Assembly (NCBI GenBank): GCA_963668625.2
Contig: CAXXKA010000001.1
Coordinates: 224,001-288,000 of the forward strand
Direction: 5' to 3'
From: an uncultured candidate division Zixibacteria bacterium
GTDB lineage: Bacteria > Zixibacteria > MSB-5A5 > UBA10806 > 4484-95
Length of the DNA: 64,000 bases
This document shows positions 23,036 to 32,201 of the stretch, in pieces. The notes under the pieces were generated by a model, which worked only from the letters and a program-made list of their open reading frames with translations, had not been told where the DNA came from and ran no database searches. Position 1 is the first letter of the stretch; each line of letters begins with the position of its first letter. A program made the translations under genes and the position numbers.

Positions 23036-24048
23036 TGGAATTCAAGCTTTCCGAAATCGCCGAGAAAATCGGCGCGCAGTTAGAGGGCGATGATTTAACC
23101 GTTAAAGGATTATCGGCTATCGATAATCCTTTGCCCGATACTCTAACATACATTTTATCTAAAAAATATCGGAAACTTCTGCCCGAATGTGTTTGCCCGG
23201 CAGTAATCGCTCCGCCGGGGACTAAATCAGATAGACATAGTATACTTATCAAGAATGATCCATACCTGGGATTCGGTCTGGCGATGAGGCTTTTTCATCC
23301 CGACCATTACAGGCCGGAGCCCAAAACCGAACCCTCGGCGTATGTCTCGGATTCTGTTGTACTGGGCAAAAACATTTATATAGGCCATCATGCCGTAATC
23401 GAGGACAACGTAAAGATCGGTGATAACACCGTGATTCACTCCGGCGTTCATGTCGGCCGGGATACCGTAATCGGTTCCGATTGCTATATATATCCCAATG
23501 TCGTTATCATGCATAATATCACGATAGGTAACAGAGTGGCCATTTATGCCACGGCCGTGGTTGGCTCCGACGGTTTCGGTTATGCCAGGAACGGCGCGAT
23601 ATTCGCCAAAATCCCGCAGATTGGCACGGTCGTAATCGAGGATGATGTCGAGATCGGCGCCGGAACGACGATTGACCGGGCGACGATGGGCGAGACCGTG
23701 ATAGGAACCGGCGCGATTCTGGATAACCTGGTGCAGGTTGCGCATAACTGCCGGGTTGGCGCGGGTTCTATTTTATGTGCGCAAGTCGGGCTGGCCGGCA
23801 CTACCACGTTAGGCAAGAATGTTACGCTGGCAGGCCAGGTGGGATTAGCCGGGCATCTCAATGTAGGCGATGGCGTCGTGATCGCGGCTCAATCCGGCGT
23901 ACCCGGAGATATCGAGCCGGGCAAGATAATGTTCGGCACACCGGCCCGTGAGGCTATGCATGCCAAACGTATCGAAGCAATAATAAATCATCTTCCGGAG
24001 TATATTCAAAGGTTACGAAATATTGAAAAGAAAATCGGTAACGACTAA
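23035..24048 (+). CDS. lpxD: UDP-3-O-acylglucosamine N-acyltransferase
   Basis: Hexapeptide repeats, GSDGFGY, KIPQIG, DNLVQVAHN. Confidence 0.95.
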   Translation: MEFKLSEIAEKIGAQLEGDDLTVKGLSAIDNPLPDTLTYILSKKYRKLLPECVCPAVIAPPGTKSDRHSILIKNDPYLGFGLAMRLFHPDHYRPEPKTEPSAYVSDSVVLGKNIYIGHHAVIEDNVKIGDNTVIHSGVHVGRDTVIGSDCYIYPNVVIMHNITIGNRVAIYATAVVGSDGFGYARNGAIFAKIPQIGTVVIEDDVEIGAGTTIDRATMGETVIGTGAILDNLVQVAHNCRVGAGSILCAQVGLAGTTTLGKNVTLAGQVGLAGHLNVGDGVVIAAQSGVPGDIEPGKIMFGTPAREAMHAKRIEAIINHLPEYIQRLRNIEKKIGND

Positions 24049-24061
24049 TAATTCCGGTAGT

Positions 24062-24089
24062 GGAACTATTAGAAATTATTTATCGTTAT
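24062..24089 (+). promoter_or_regulatory. Putative ECF-sigma (SigH/SigR-like) promoter for trxA
   Basis: GGAACT-N17-GTTAT about 40 nt upstream of trxA. Confidence 0.55.
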
Positions 24090-24130
24090 TTTGATTGAAA
24101 GATGTTAATGGACTTACAGGAGGAAAATAG

Positions 24131-24460
24131 ATGTCCGATTTGTTGCAAATAACTGATCAAAACTTCGATTCTGAAGTGTTGAAATCTGATGTTCCGGTCT
24201 TAGTGGATTTTTGGGCTGAATGGTGTGGTCCGTGTAAAATGATTGCCCCGGTAGTCGAGGAATTGGCCGGCGAATATAATGGCAAACTCAAAGTCGGTAA
24301 GCTTGATGTTGACGCTCATGGCTCGATAGCTCAACAATACCGCATACTTTCGATCCCGACCGTTATAATTTTCAAAAACGGCCAGGTTGAATCCCAGATT
24401 GTCGGCGCTGTGCCGAAAAAAGAATTCCAGAAACATATAGATAAGGCTCTGTCGAATTAA
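24131..24460 (+). CDS. trxA: Thioredoxin
   Basis: VDFWAEWCGPC, SIPT. Confidence 0.97.
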   Translation: MSDLLQITDQNFDSEVLKSDVPVLVDFWAEWCGPCKMIAPVVEELAGEYNGKLKVGKLDVDAHGSIAQQYRILSIPTVIIFKNGQVESQIVGAVPKKEFQKHIDKALSN

Positions 24461-24462
24461 TT

Positions 24463-24873
24463 ATGGATACGTACGCCTCACAGGATGTGATAAAGGATAT
24501 AGTCAAAAACAGTAAAAACATAGCTGTTGTCGGCCTTTCGGATAAACCCGACCGGGCTTCTTACAGTGTGGCCTCTTATCTCAAGAGCAAAGGATATACG
24601 ATAATACCCGTAAACCCTACCAAGACTGAGATACTGGATGAAAAATGCTACCCCGATTTAAAGTCGATTGCCGGTGATATCGATGTCGTGAACGTGTTTC
24701 GCAGAAGCGACGCGGTTATGCCGATAGTCGAGGAAGCGATCGAGGTGGGCGCAAAAGCTGTCTGGATGCAGGAAGGCGTAGTCAATGAGCAGGCTGCCCG
24801 AAAAGCTGAGGAGGCCGGTTTGAAAGTAGTAATGGACAGATGTCTTTTAAAAGAGCATGTACGTTTGAAATAG
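24463..24873 (+). CDS. CoA-binding protein (YccU-like)
   Basis: IAVVGLS.KP.RAS, PVNP, VWMQEG, VVMDRC. Confidence 0.92.
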   Translation: MDTYASQDVIKDIVKNSKNIAVVGLSDKPDRASYSVASYLKSKGYTIIPVNPTKTEILDEKCYPDLKSIAGDIDVVNVFRRSDAVMPIVEEAIEVGAKAVWMQEGVVNEQAARKAEEAGLKVVMDRCLLKEHVRLK

Positions 24874-24901
24874 TGAATTTATTGTAGATTTTAAAATCCT
24901 T

Positions 24902-24953
24902 GCCTGTTTCCGCCACGAATGATTCGTTTTTTGACGGAAACGGGCTTTTTTTT
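24902..24953 (+). terminator. Rho-independent terminator
   Basis: GCCTGTTTCCG ... CGGAAACGGGC stem followed by T8. Confidence 0.75.
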
Positions 24954-25052
24954 CGAGTTTAATCGTTTTTTTGATAGTATAATAAGCAAAGTAGAAAAGC
25001 TTGTACGTTATTTGCCGATTGTATATAATGAAAACCAAATGGTAGGGACTAA

Positions 25053-25511
25053 ATGAGACCGTACACGAAGATACCGAAAAATCAGGATGTTGAGTTGGAA
25101 TGGACCGGCGGCCTAAAGTTTATCTCGAAGGCGGGCTCCAAGCATGAGATCGTCCTCGATGGTTCACCGGAACACGGCGGCAACGATACCGGGCTGCGGC
25201 CGATGGAGGCGCTGTTATCCTCGCTGGGAAGCTGTACCGGTATGGACCTGGCAACGATTCTGCGAAAGAAACGTCGCGATTTACGAAAACTGAAAGTAAA
25301 ACTTCATGGCGAACGCTCCGGGACACATCCTCATGTTTTTAAAACGATAAGTATGGAGTATAAAATTTGGGGCAGCGATATCACCGACGGTGACGTGCAA
25401 TGGGCGCTCGATTTATCGCTCAAGAAATATTGCTCGGTCGCAGCCATGCTTCAGAAATGCTGCAATATCAATTACAAATGGCGTATTTACAAGAAGGACT
25501 CTAACAACTGA
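25053..25511 (+). CDS. OsmC/YhfA-family protein
   Basis: GLRPMEALL..LGSCTGMD, SLKKYCSV. Confidence 0.9.
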   Translation: MRPYTKIPKNQDVELEWTGGLKFISKAGSKHEIVLDGSPEHGGNDTGLRPMEALLSSLGSCTGMDLATILRKKRRDLRKLKVKLHGERSGTHPHVFKTISMEYKIWGSDITDGDVQWALDLSLKKYCSVAAMLQKCCNINYKWRIYKKDSNN

Positions 25512-26317
25512 TGAGTAACTTTCGTCAAAGCTGGGGGGCAACCGGCGGTGGAATATTGCCACCGGTAATTAAGGCGTTGTTGATATCGAACGCGGCTGTA
25601 TTTCTGCTTTCGTATTTCGCCTATCCGTTTATGACTCGATTTTTCGGCCTGGTCCCGATTGCCGTATGGAGTCAGTTCAGAGTCTGGCAGCTCGCAACAT
25701 ACATGTTTTTACATGGCGGTATTTGGCATATTTTATTCAATATGTTCGTTCTCTGGATGTTCGGTTCCGATCTGGAGCGTACCTGGGGAAGCCGGGAGTT
25801 CTTGAAATACTACATGATTTGCGGTATCGGGGCCGGAATTTTCAACGTGCTCTTCCAGCCGACCTCAACCATACCGATTATCGGCGCCTCGGGCGCAATT
25901 TACGGTGTGCTTGTAGCATTCGCGCTGCTGTTTCCCAATCGTACGGTTTTTATCTATTTCCTTTTCCCGATAAAAGTAAAATACCTGGTTATCATTCTGG
26001 TTGCGGTCGAATTCATCTCCTCGTTAGGCTCATCGAGTGGTGGTGGTGTCGCACACCTGGCTCACCTTGGAGGCGCTGTTGTCGGCTTTATTTATATCAA
26101 AGGTTTTTTACAGGGACGGTCTATCAAATGGAAAATATCCAGCTATTTCCACCGTCAGCGTATGGAACGAATGGCCAGGCAGCATGAGCAGGAAGAGATA
26201 TTAATGCAGGAAGTCGATCGAATACTTGACAAAATTAATCAGGTAGGCTACGATAACCTAACGAAAAAAGAGAAGAAGATTCTGGAAGAAGCTTCCGACA
26301 AACTTTCAAAGAAGTAA
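25511..26317 (+). CDS. Rhomboid intramembrane serine protease with C-terminal helical extension
   Basis: MFLHG, HILFNM, GASG, AHLAHLGG; tail VDRILDKI...GYDNLT. Confidence 0.92.
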   Translation: MSNFRQSWGATGGGILPPVIKALLISNAAVFLLSYFAYPFMTRFFGLVPIAVWSQFRVWQLATYMFLHGGIWHILFNMFVLWMFGSDLERTWGSREFLKYYMICGIGAGIFNVLFQPTSTIPIIGASGAIYGVLVAFALLFPNRTVFIYFLFPIKVKYLVIILVAVEFISSLGSSSGGGVAHLAHLGGAVVGFIYIKGFLQGRSIKWKISSYFHRQRMERMARQHEQEEILMQEVDRILDKINQVGYDNLTKKEKKILEEASDKLSKK

Positions 26318-26352
26318 TATTTTATTACGATCTCGATTGACGGGATGAGATC

Positions 26353-27399
26353 ATGAAAAAAATTCTGGTAGTAGAAAATTCACCCACCATAATCAGCGTT
26401 GCCGACTCGTTGCTAAGGACAAAAGGTTATGATGTAACCTGTCTAACCAATGGCGAGAAAGCGCTGGAGTTTGCCCAAACCGAAAAGCCCGACCTGATAT
26501 TGACGGCTATCGGTCTTGATGGTATCGATGGTTTACAGCTTTGTAGTAAGATTACTTCCGGGCCGGTTACCGGTGGTATTCCGGTGGTGTTATTAATTGG
26601 CGATAAAGATGATATCTACGAGGATAAATTCGATGTCAGCGGCGCGAGGGGACGCTTGAAAAAACCATTTTCGCCTAAAGAGCTCGTTTCTATAGTCGCG
26701 AAATTTACCGGCGGAGACAAGATGCGTCCGGCAAAGGTCGTCGATCAAAAGGATGAGACGGGACCCCGATTAACGCCAGTGGATTCGCCCGAGGAGGTTG
26801 GCTCCGCCACGACTAATGTCGCCCGAGATAAATCGGATGCCAGAAGGCATGAGACCGTGTTTAATCTCGAGTGGCAGGATTTGAAAGACGATCCCGATTT
26901 CGAGGTCGAAAGACAGGGAGCCGCCGAAAACGATGATTCGGGATTGGTTATCGATGATGACCAATACGGCCTGGCGAAATTAAACGATGAGATGGTACCG
27001 ATTGCGCCCAATGCCGAGGATGAGGATTATGACTGGTTTATCGGTGAGATGAAAAAAGAAATAGAGAAACCGGAGGATGGGAAGAAACCGGGAGAGCCAG
27101 CCGATAAAACGGCATCTCAGCCTGAACATGCGAAGGCAAAGCAGGATGTTTCTTATGACAATATCGGCAACCCGGCCGCCGGCTCCAAAGATGATGCCAA
27201 GTACCGTCAGTTTTTAGAGCAGTTCAAGAAAGATACCTCCGTACTTACCGCGGCCAAGCCGGATGAGGGATCGGGTGTTGATGTTAACTGGCTCGTCGAT
27301 CGTATTGCCGACAGGTTAGCGCAGAAGATTGTAGAGAAACTCGATAAAGATGAACTTCGCCAGATAATAGGTTCGATGCTTGGCGACATGAAGAAGTAA
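26353..27399 (+). CDS. Atypical receiver-domain protein with acidic linker and C-terminal helix (RomR-like architecture)
   Basis: REC fold (KILVVE, PDLIL, KPF) with Ala at the phospho-Asp position; D/E-rich middle. Confidence 0.7.
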   Translation: MKKILVVENSPTIISVADSLLRTKGYDVTCLTNGEKALEFAQTEKPDLILTAIGLDGIDGLQLCSKITSGPVTGGIPVVLLIGDKDDIYEDKFDVSGARGRLKKPFSPKELVSIVAKFTGGDKMRPAKVVDQKDETGPRLTPVDSPEEVGSATTNVARDKSDARRHETVFNLEWQDLKDDPDFEVERQGAAENDDSGLVIDDDQYGLAKLNDEMVPIAPNAEDEDYDWFIGEMKKEIEKPEDGKKPGEPADKTASQPEHAKAKQDVSYDNIGNPAAGSKDDAKYRQFLEQFKKDTSVLTAAKPDEGSGVDVNWLVDRIADRLAQKIVEKLDKDELRQIIGSMLGDMKK

Positions 27400-27463
27400 C
27401 TTGAATAATATATGTATCCCTACCGATATACTATATTAAACGGATATTAACCTATTGACTAAT

Positions 27464-27490
27464 GGAACTGATGTGTTTTTATTATAGTTT
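27464..27490 (+). promoter_or_regulatory. Putative ECF-sigma promoter for ccdA-anti-sigma
   Basis: GGAACT-N17-GTTT. Confidence 0.45.
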
Positions 27491-27517
27491 ATTTGAACAT
27501 ACATGTAAGGAGAAGTA

Positions 27518-28243
27518 ATGGGCAATATCACATTGATTACGGCATTTGGAGCGGGACTTCTATCATTTATCTCGCCATGTGTGCTACCTATCGTACCGGG
27601 TTATTTATCATTCATATCAGGTGTCTCGATGGAGGAGATGCAGAAGAAAAACACCGGAGCTATTCGGCGGGTTTTTATCAACTCGCTGTTTTTCGTTCTC
27701 GGTTTTTCGGTGGTATTCATATCTCTAGGCGCGGGCGCCACATTTGTCAGCCAGTTTTTAACCGATTACATGCATATAATAAGCAAAGTTGCCGGCGTGT
27801 TCCTGGTGTTACTGGGCATTCATTTTTTAGGTTTATATAAGATTAAATTTCTTAATTATGAACAACGTTTTCATGTAGGCTCCAAAAAGGTTGGTGTGAT
27901 TGGCTCGTTCTTTGTCGGGTTCGCTTTCGCGTTCGGCTGGACCCCATGTATCGGACCGATACTGGCCGGTATTTTAGCTATTGCCGCCAGCGAGGAGACT
28001 GTCATGCGCGGGATTATACTCCTGGCATTCTATTCGGCCGGTCTGGCTCTCCCGTTTTTAATTACCGCTGTTGCTTTCAACAGCTTCTTATCGGTTTCCG
28101 GAAAGATTAAAAAACATTTTCGCATCGTCGAGATTATCGGCGGCGTGTTGTTGATATTAATAGGTATATTAATCTTCACCGGCTCGCTCGGTTACCTTTC
28201 GGGTTTAATATCCGAGTGGTTTCCCTGGTTAGAGCTCGGTTAA
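27518..28243 (+). CDS. ccdA: Cytochrome c biogenesis / thiol-disulfide transporter CcdA
   Basis: SFISPCVLP and GWTPCIGPIL motifs, 6 TM. Confidence 0.93.
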   Translation: MGNITLITAFGAGLLSFISPCVLPIVPGYLSFISGVSMEEMQKKNTGAIRRVFINSLFFVLGFSVVFISLGAGATFVSQFLTDYMHIISKVAGVFLVLLGIHFLGLYKIKFLNYEQRFHVGSKKVGVIGSFFVGFAFAFGWTPCIGPILAGILAIAASEETVMRGIILLAFYSAGLALPFLITAVAFNSFLSVSGKIKKHFRIVEIIGGVLLILIGILIFTGSLGYLSGLISEWFPWLELG

Positions 28244-28301
28244 AGATTAATAATCGTAAAGTGTTAAAGGTGAGCATGAAAGAGGGGAAGAAACAAACAT
28301 C

Positions 28302-29102
28302 ATGAGCTGTAAATTCGATGAGAGAATAATTCACCTTTACGCCGACGGAGAATTAGGTGAAACTGCCAGGGCGCGGGTCGAGGAACACCTGAGTATCTGT
28401 GATGATTGCAGGATCAAGTACAAAACTATCATGATAATTCGCCAGGAGTTGGCAACCGCTTGTATCGCCGAAAAAGCTCCCGGCTATCTGGCAACGCGAA
28501 TAAAGGCCAACCTCGATAATATCGATAATACCGAATCGGTTAGTCTGGGGGTGTTCGATCGATTTCGCATGATGCTGATGAATTTCAAAGGCTCGAAAGC
28601 GGCGGCTACGGCATTCGCTTTCGGGCTTGTTTTGATGTTCGTGTTATTTCCGGGAGAGCAGGGATTAAGCAGTATGGCCGGCGAACTGGCGCAGGCTCAT
28701 GTCAGCTATCCCGACAGGGTGAGCGCCATGTCGATCAACTCGGAAAGCAGCGAACAGGTAGGGGCGTTTTTGTCGGGTAATTTGGGAATTGCTGTTAAAT
28801 TACCGCAAAAACTTTCAGGCGATGTACATCTTACCGGCGCTAGAATAGTCGAAATCGACGGTATGAAAGCTGCTCATGCATATTATGCCGATAATGACAT
28901 GCAGTGCTCGTTGTTTATTTTCCAGACGCCCGAATCGGGGAACAAGCCCAAGTACACCATGCGGGCCGCCGATAGGGAATATGAGATCGGTAGTTCCTCG
29001 GATGTCAACTTTATATGCTGGCACGAGGGGCAAATGGCATATGTACTTTGCGGATGCTGTTGTTTCGATAAACTGACTCAATTAGCAACATCCGGCGTCT
29101 GA
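28302..29102 (+). CDS. Zinc-finger (ZAS, zf-HC2) transmembrane anti-sigma factor, no adjacent sigma gene
   Basis: C..., Y.DGEL, HLSICDDC, one TM, C-terminal domain ending LCGCCCF. Confidence 0.8.
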   Translation: MSCKFDERIIHLYADGELGETARARVEEHLSICDDCRIKYKTIMIIRQELATACIAEKAPGYLATRIKANLDNIDNTESVSLGVFDRFRMMLMNFKGSKAAATAFAFGLVLMFVLFPGEQGLSSMAGELAQAHVSYPDRVSAMSINSESSEQVGAFLSGNLGIAVKLPQKLSGDVHLTGARIVEIDGMKAAHAYYADNDMQCSLFIFQTPESGNKPKYTMRAADREYEIGSSSDVNFICWHEGQMAYVLCGCCCFDKLTQLATSGV

Positions 29103-29204
29103 TTATTTGAAAAATCTTTTCCATACGTATTGATTTTTTACTACGAGTTTCTTACATTGCTATAAATATGAAACTGCTTTAACTGCATGGCGCGGGTGAT
29201 AAAT

Positions 29205-29927
29205 ATGAATAATAAATGTATTGTGATATTCGCCAACGATCCTGACAACAGCGATGATCTGAAAGAATTCTATCCGATTTTTGGCAAAAAGAATTCTGCA
29301 TATTTAAGCAGGGCTATGCTTTTCGATACGCTGGCGATGTGCCTTTCATTACCGCGTACGGATGTCATAGTGGCCTATTATCCGGCTAAAACCAAAGCCA
29401 ATTACGAGCGTATGCTGGATGTTTTCAAGCATGAGGAATTTGACAACAAACTCCAAAAGAAAGCCGATACCATAAATTCCGTCCCGCAAAACGGCAACCG
29501 GATCATGAAACGCATCTCCAATGTTTTCGATGAGGCTTTCAAGAAGGGATATAAGCAGGTTGAGATGATTGGAGCGTATGGATTGGCTACCGACCATCAT
29601 CTGCTGAAAGCCGGTTATCTGTTACTCGATGAGAACGATTTCGTTATCGGGCCTTCATTTAGCGGACGGTATTACTTGTTTGGCATGTCGCGGTTTATGC
29701 CTGATGTTTTCGATGGCGTGACCTGGGAGAGTAAAGATTTCTATGTCAAGATTAACGAAAACATCCAAAATATCGGCGCTTCGGTTCAGGAATTGGAGAT
29801 ATCTTACGAGGTTTACACCCCGGATGAGTTAAACCAGTTGATGCTCGATATAGAGCGCTGGCGCAGCCTGGGTGATGAGCGTACAGCTTATCATACGGAA
29901 AGATGCCTGCGCGCGATACAGCAGTAG
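29205..29927 (+). CDS. DUF2064 / TIGR04282-like glycosyltransferase-fold protein, motifs degenerate
   Basis: IVIFA..P, Q, IGP...GRYYLFGM, F.GV.W, TPDEL pattern; start may be 29187. Confidence 0.65.
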   Translation: MNNKCIVIFANDPDNSDDLKEFYPIFGKKNSAYLSRAMLFDTLAMCLSLPRTDVIVAYYPAKTKANYERMLDVFKHEEFDNKLQKKADTINSVPQNGNRIMKRISNVFDEAFKKGYKQVEMIGAYGLATDHHLLKAGYLLLDENDFVIGPSFSGRYYLFGMSRFMPDVFDGVTWESKDFYVKINENIQNIGASVQELEISYEVYTPDELNQLMLDIERWRSLGDERTAYHTERCLRAIQQ

Positions 29928-30344
29928 TAATCGTTAGTTTCGATCAATTTATATAGATTAGTATATTTAAATACTATTGTGGTTTGGGTATGTTCTCGTG
30001 CCCTAATACATGGCAGTATAGATGTTAAGCAGCAGATGAGTATATCTGCCAGACATAGGATTATCGCGTCAAAACCACAGGGATTTTGACTACTCGAATT
30101 TGGCGGACAGTATAATATTTTAAATTGATTGGTGCCCCATCCCCGCCTAAAGCGGGGGTGGGGATGTTGCCGATCGGCAGGCGGCTGGCGTTTTGACTCT
30201 TTTTAATATGTTGCATCATGTTTAACGCTAAATATCCCGACCGATCCGTTTTTGACTAATTCTTAAGTTTAACCCAAATCACTGCCGATAATTATGTATG
30301 AAAGTGTGAATAAAGTATAAACGTATAAATAGAATCTTATTGTA

Positions 30345-32069
30345 ATGGCAACAGTCCAGATTAATCAAAAGAAAATAGCCAACTTTGAACTTCAGGAGCT
30401 TATTGGCGCCGGAGGTATGGCCAATATCTACCGGGGGACACAGCTTTCCCTGGAACGCCCGGTCGCCATTAAAGTATTACATCAACACCTCACTGTAAAC
30501 GAGGATTTCGTCAATCGTTTCAAGCAGGAGGCGAAACAAGCCGCCATATTGCAGCATCATAATATAGTATCCATAATCGACTATGGCCATCAGGATGGCG
30601 AGTATTTCATCGCCATGGAATATATTGACGGCCAGAATTTAAAAGAGGTACTGACCCGAATCAAGCGTTTCCCGCTTGAGGTTGCCATGTTGATTATCCG
30701 CGAGGTGGCCAACGGTTTGAAATACGCCCACAGCCACGGGCTGATTCATCGTGATATCAAACCGGCTAATATCATGCTTTCAAAAGATGGCCGGGTGGTT
30801 ATCACCGATTTCGGTATTGCTAAAACTTATGGTGACATGTCTATCACCGTAACCGGGCAAACTGTCGGTTCGCCGGCGTATATGTCGCCCGAACAGGCGG
30901 CGGGACGCCCGATAGACCACCGCTGCGATATATTTTCTCTGGGTATCGTATTCTATGAAATAATAACCGGCGAGAAACCATTCAAGGGAGAGACATACCA
31001 GGAGGCGATGACCAGCGTAATCTCGGCCACGCCGGCTAATCCAAGCAGCGTGCGCGTGGATGTTACCCCACCGATGGAAGATATCATGATAAAGCTTTTG
31101 CAGAAGGATATAGAAAGCCGCTTTCAGGACGCGGACGATATCGCCGAATCGCTGGGGGAGCAGTTAAGCAATTATATCATTCCCTCGGAGAAAAAAGTAG
31201 TGGCGGAGTTCGTGAAAAATCCGATACGCACGACCCAGAAATTGAGAAGCGACAGGATATCGAAACATATGGAATCGGCCCTGTATTATGTCAATATCGG
31301 GCATGGCCGTATGTCGGATGCTATCAAGGAATTCGAGAATGTTATCAGGTATGATAAAAACAACAAGCTGGCCAAGCAATACCTGGAGAAATTGAAATCC
31401 GGTCAGATCAATTTCGATAACTCACCGACATCCGCAAAGCATGGTTGGTTATTCTGGGTGATGGTTGTCGTTAGTTCGATTTCGATAATCGCGGCGATGG
31501 TGTTGCTTTCGCTACGTTTCCAGTCATTCGGTTCTGATGATACGACCGAGAATATTGCCGTAGGCGAAAATATCGAAGAACCGGTTGAAGATCAGATCGG
31601 GGAATCCGGCGAGCCATTTATCGAGGATATGACTTACGTGCCGCTGCCGCCGGTGGATGGCCCGAAAGTGCCGGAGGGATATTTCGAGTCTCAAAAACCG
31701 CCGATAGAAAAGTCAACCCAGAAATCGACCGGAAGCTCGAATACTAATACTAAAGCGACTAAGACCGGTACCTCGAAACCGAAACCGAAAGCTAAAGTAC
31801 CATCAAAGCCAAAAATAGATACGAGGTTTAACTATCCGAATCAGGATTTAAAGAAGTTCGGGCTTTTAAGTATAAAAAGCGATCCGCCGGCTAAATTCTC
31901 GGTCGACTTTAATGATTATGGCATGACCGACGGACCTGACATCAAATTAAAACCGGGCCGCCACCTGATAACCATAGAGGCTGCCGGCTATAAAACCGAG
32001 AAAAAGCGTATTTACACCGAAAAAGATAAGATGACCACCTTAATGGTAATCTTAAAGCCTGATAAATAG
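30345..32069 (+). CDS. Hanks-type Ser/Thr protein kinase with TPR-like segment, TM and C-terminal PEGA-like domain
   Basis: GAGGMA, VAIK, HRDIKPAN, DFG, YMSPEQ; TM near aa 370-390; L.PG.H.I.I...GY tail. Confidence 0.9.
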   Translation: MATVQINQKKIANFELQELIGAGGMANIYRGTQLSLERPVAIKVLHQHLTVNEDFVNRFKQEAKQAAILQHHNIVSIIDYGHQDGEYFIAMEYIDGQNLKEVLTRIKRFPLEVAMLIIREVANGLKYAHSHGLIHRDIKPANIMLSKDGRVVITDFGIAKTYGDMSITVTGQTVGSPAYMSPEQAAGRPIDHRCDIFSLGIVFYEIITGEKPFKGETYQEAMTSVISATPANPSSVRVDVTPPMEDIMIKLLQKDIESRFQDADDIAESLGEQLSNYIIPSEKKVVAEFVKNPIRTTQKLRSDRISKHMESALYYVNIGHGRMSDAIKEFENVIRYDKNNKLAKQYLEKLKSGQINFDNSPTSAKHGWLFWVMVVVSSISIIAAMVLLSLRFQSFGSDDTTENIAVGENIEEPVEDQIGESGEPFIEDMTYVPLPPVDGPKVPEGYFESQKPPIEKSTQKSTGSSNTNTKATKTGTSKPKPKAKVPSKPKIDTRFNYPNQDLKKFGLLSIKSDPPAKFSVDFNDYGMTDGPDIKLKPGRHLITIEAAGYKTEKKRIYTEKDKMTTLMVILKPDK

Positions 32070-32148
32070 TATATTCCACGCATCCATTTTGTTTATTTTT
32101 CGTATATTATAGATGCTTTATGTTATCACTCCGTGTTTAATAACAAGT

Positions 32149-32177
32149 TTGACTTTAATACGCCATCAATGTAGATT
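32149..32177 (+). promoter_or_regulatory. Sigma70-type promoter for the peptidase operon
   Basis: TTGACT-N17-TAGATT, AAGGAG SD downstream. Confidence 0.55.
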
Positions 32178-32201
32178 AACTGCTCGAAAGGAGAATCAAT
32201 A

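Noticed and set aside
28201-28260. Alternative-frame peptide VVSLVRARLKI resembling an ECF sigma region-4 end
   Set aside because: Overlaps a normal CcdA C-terminus and the match is too short to distinguish from chance
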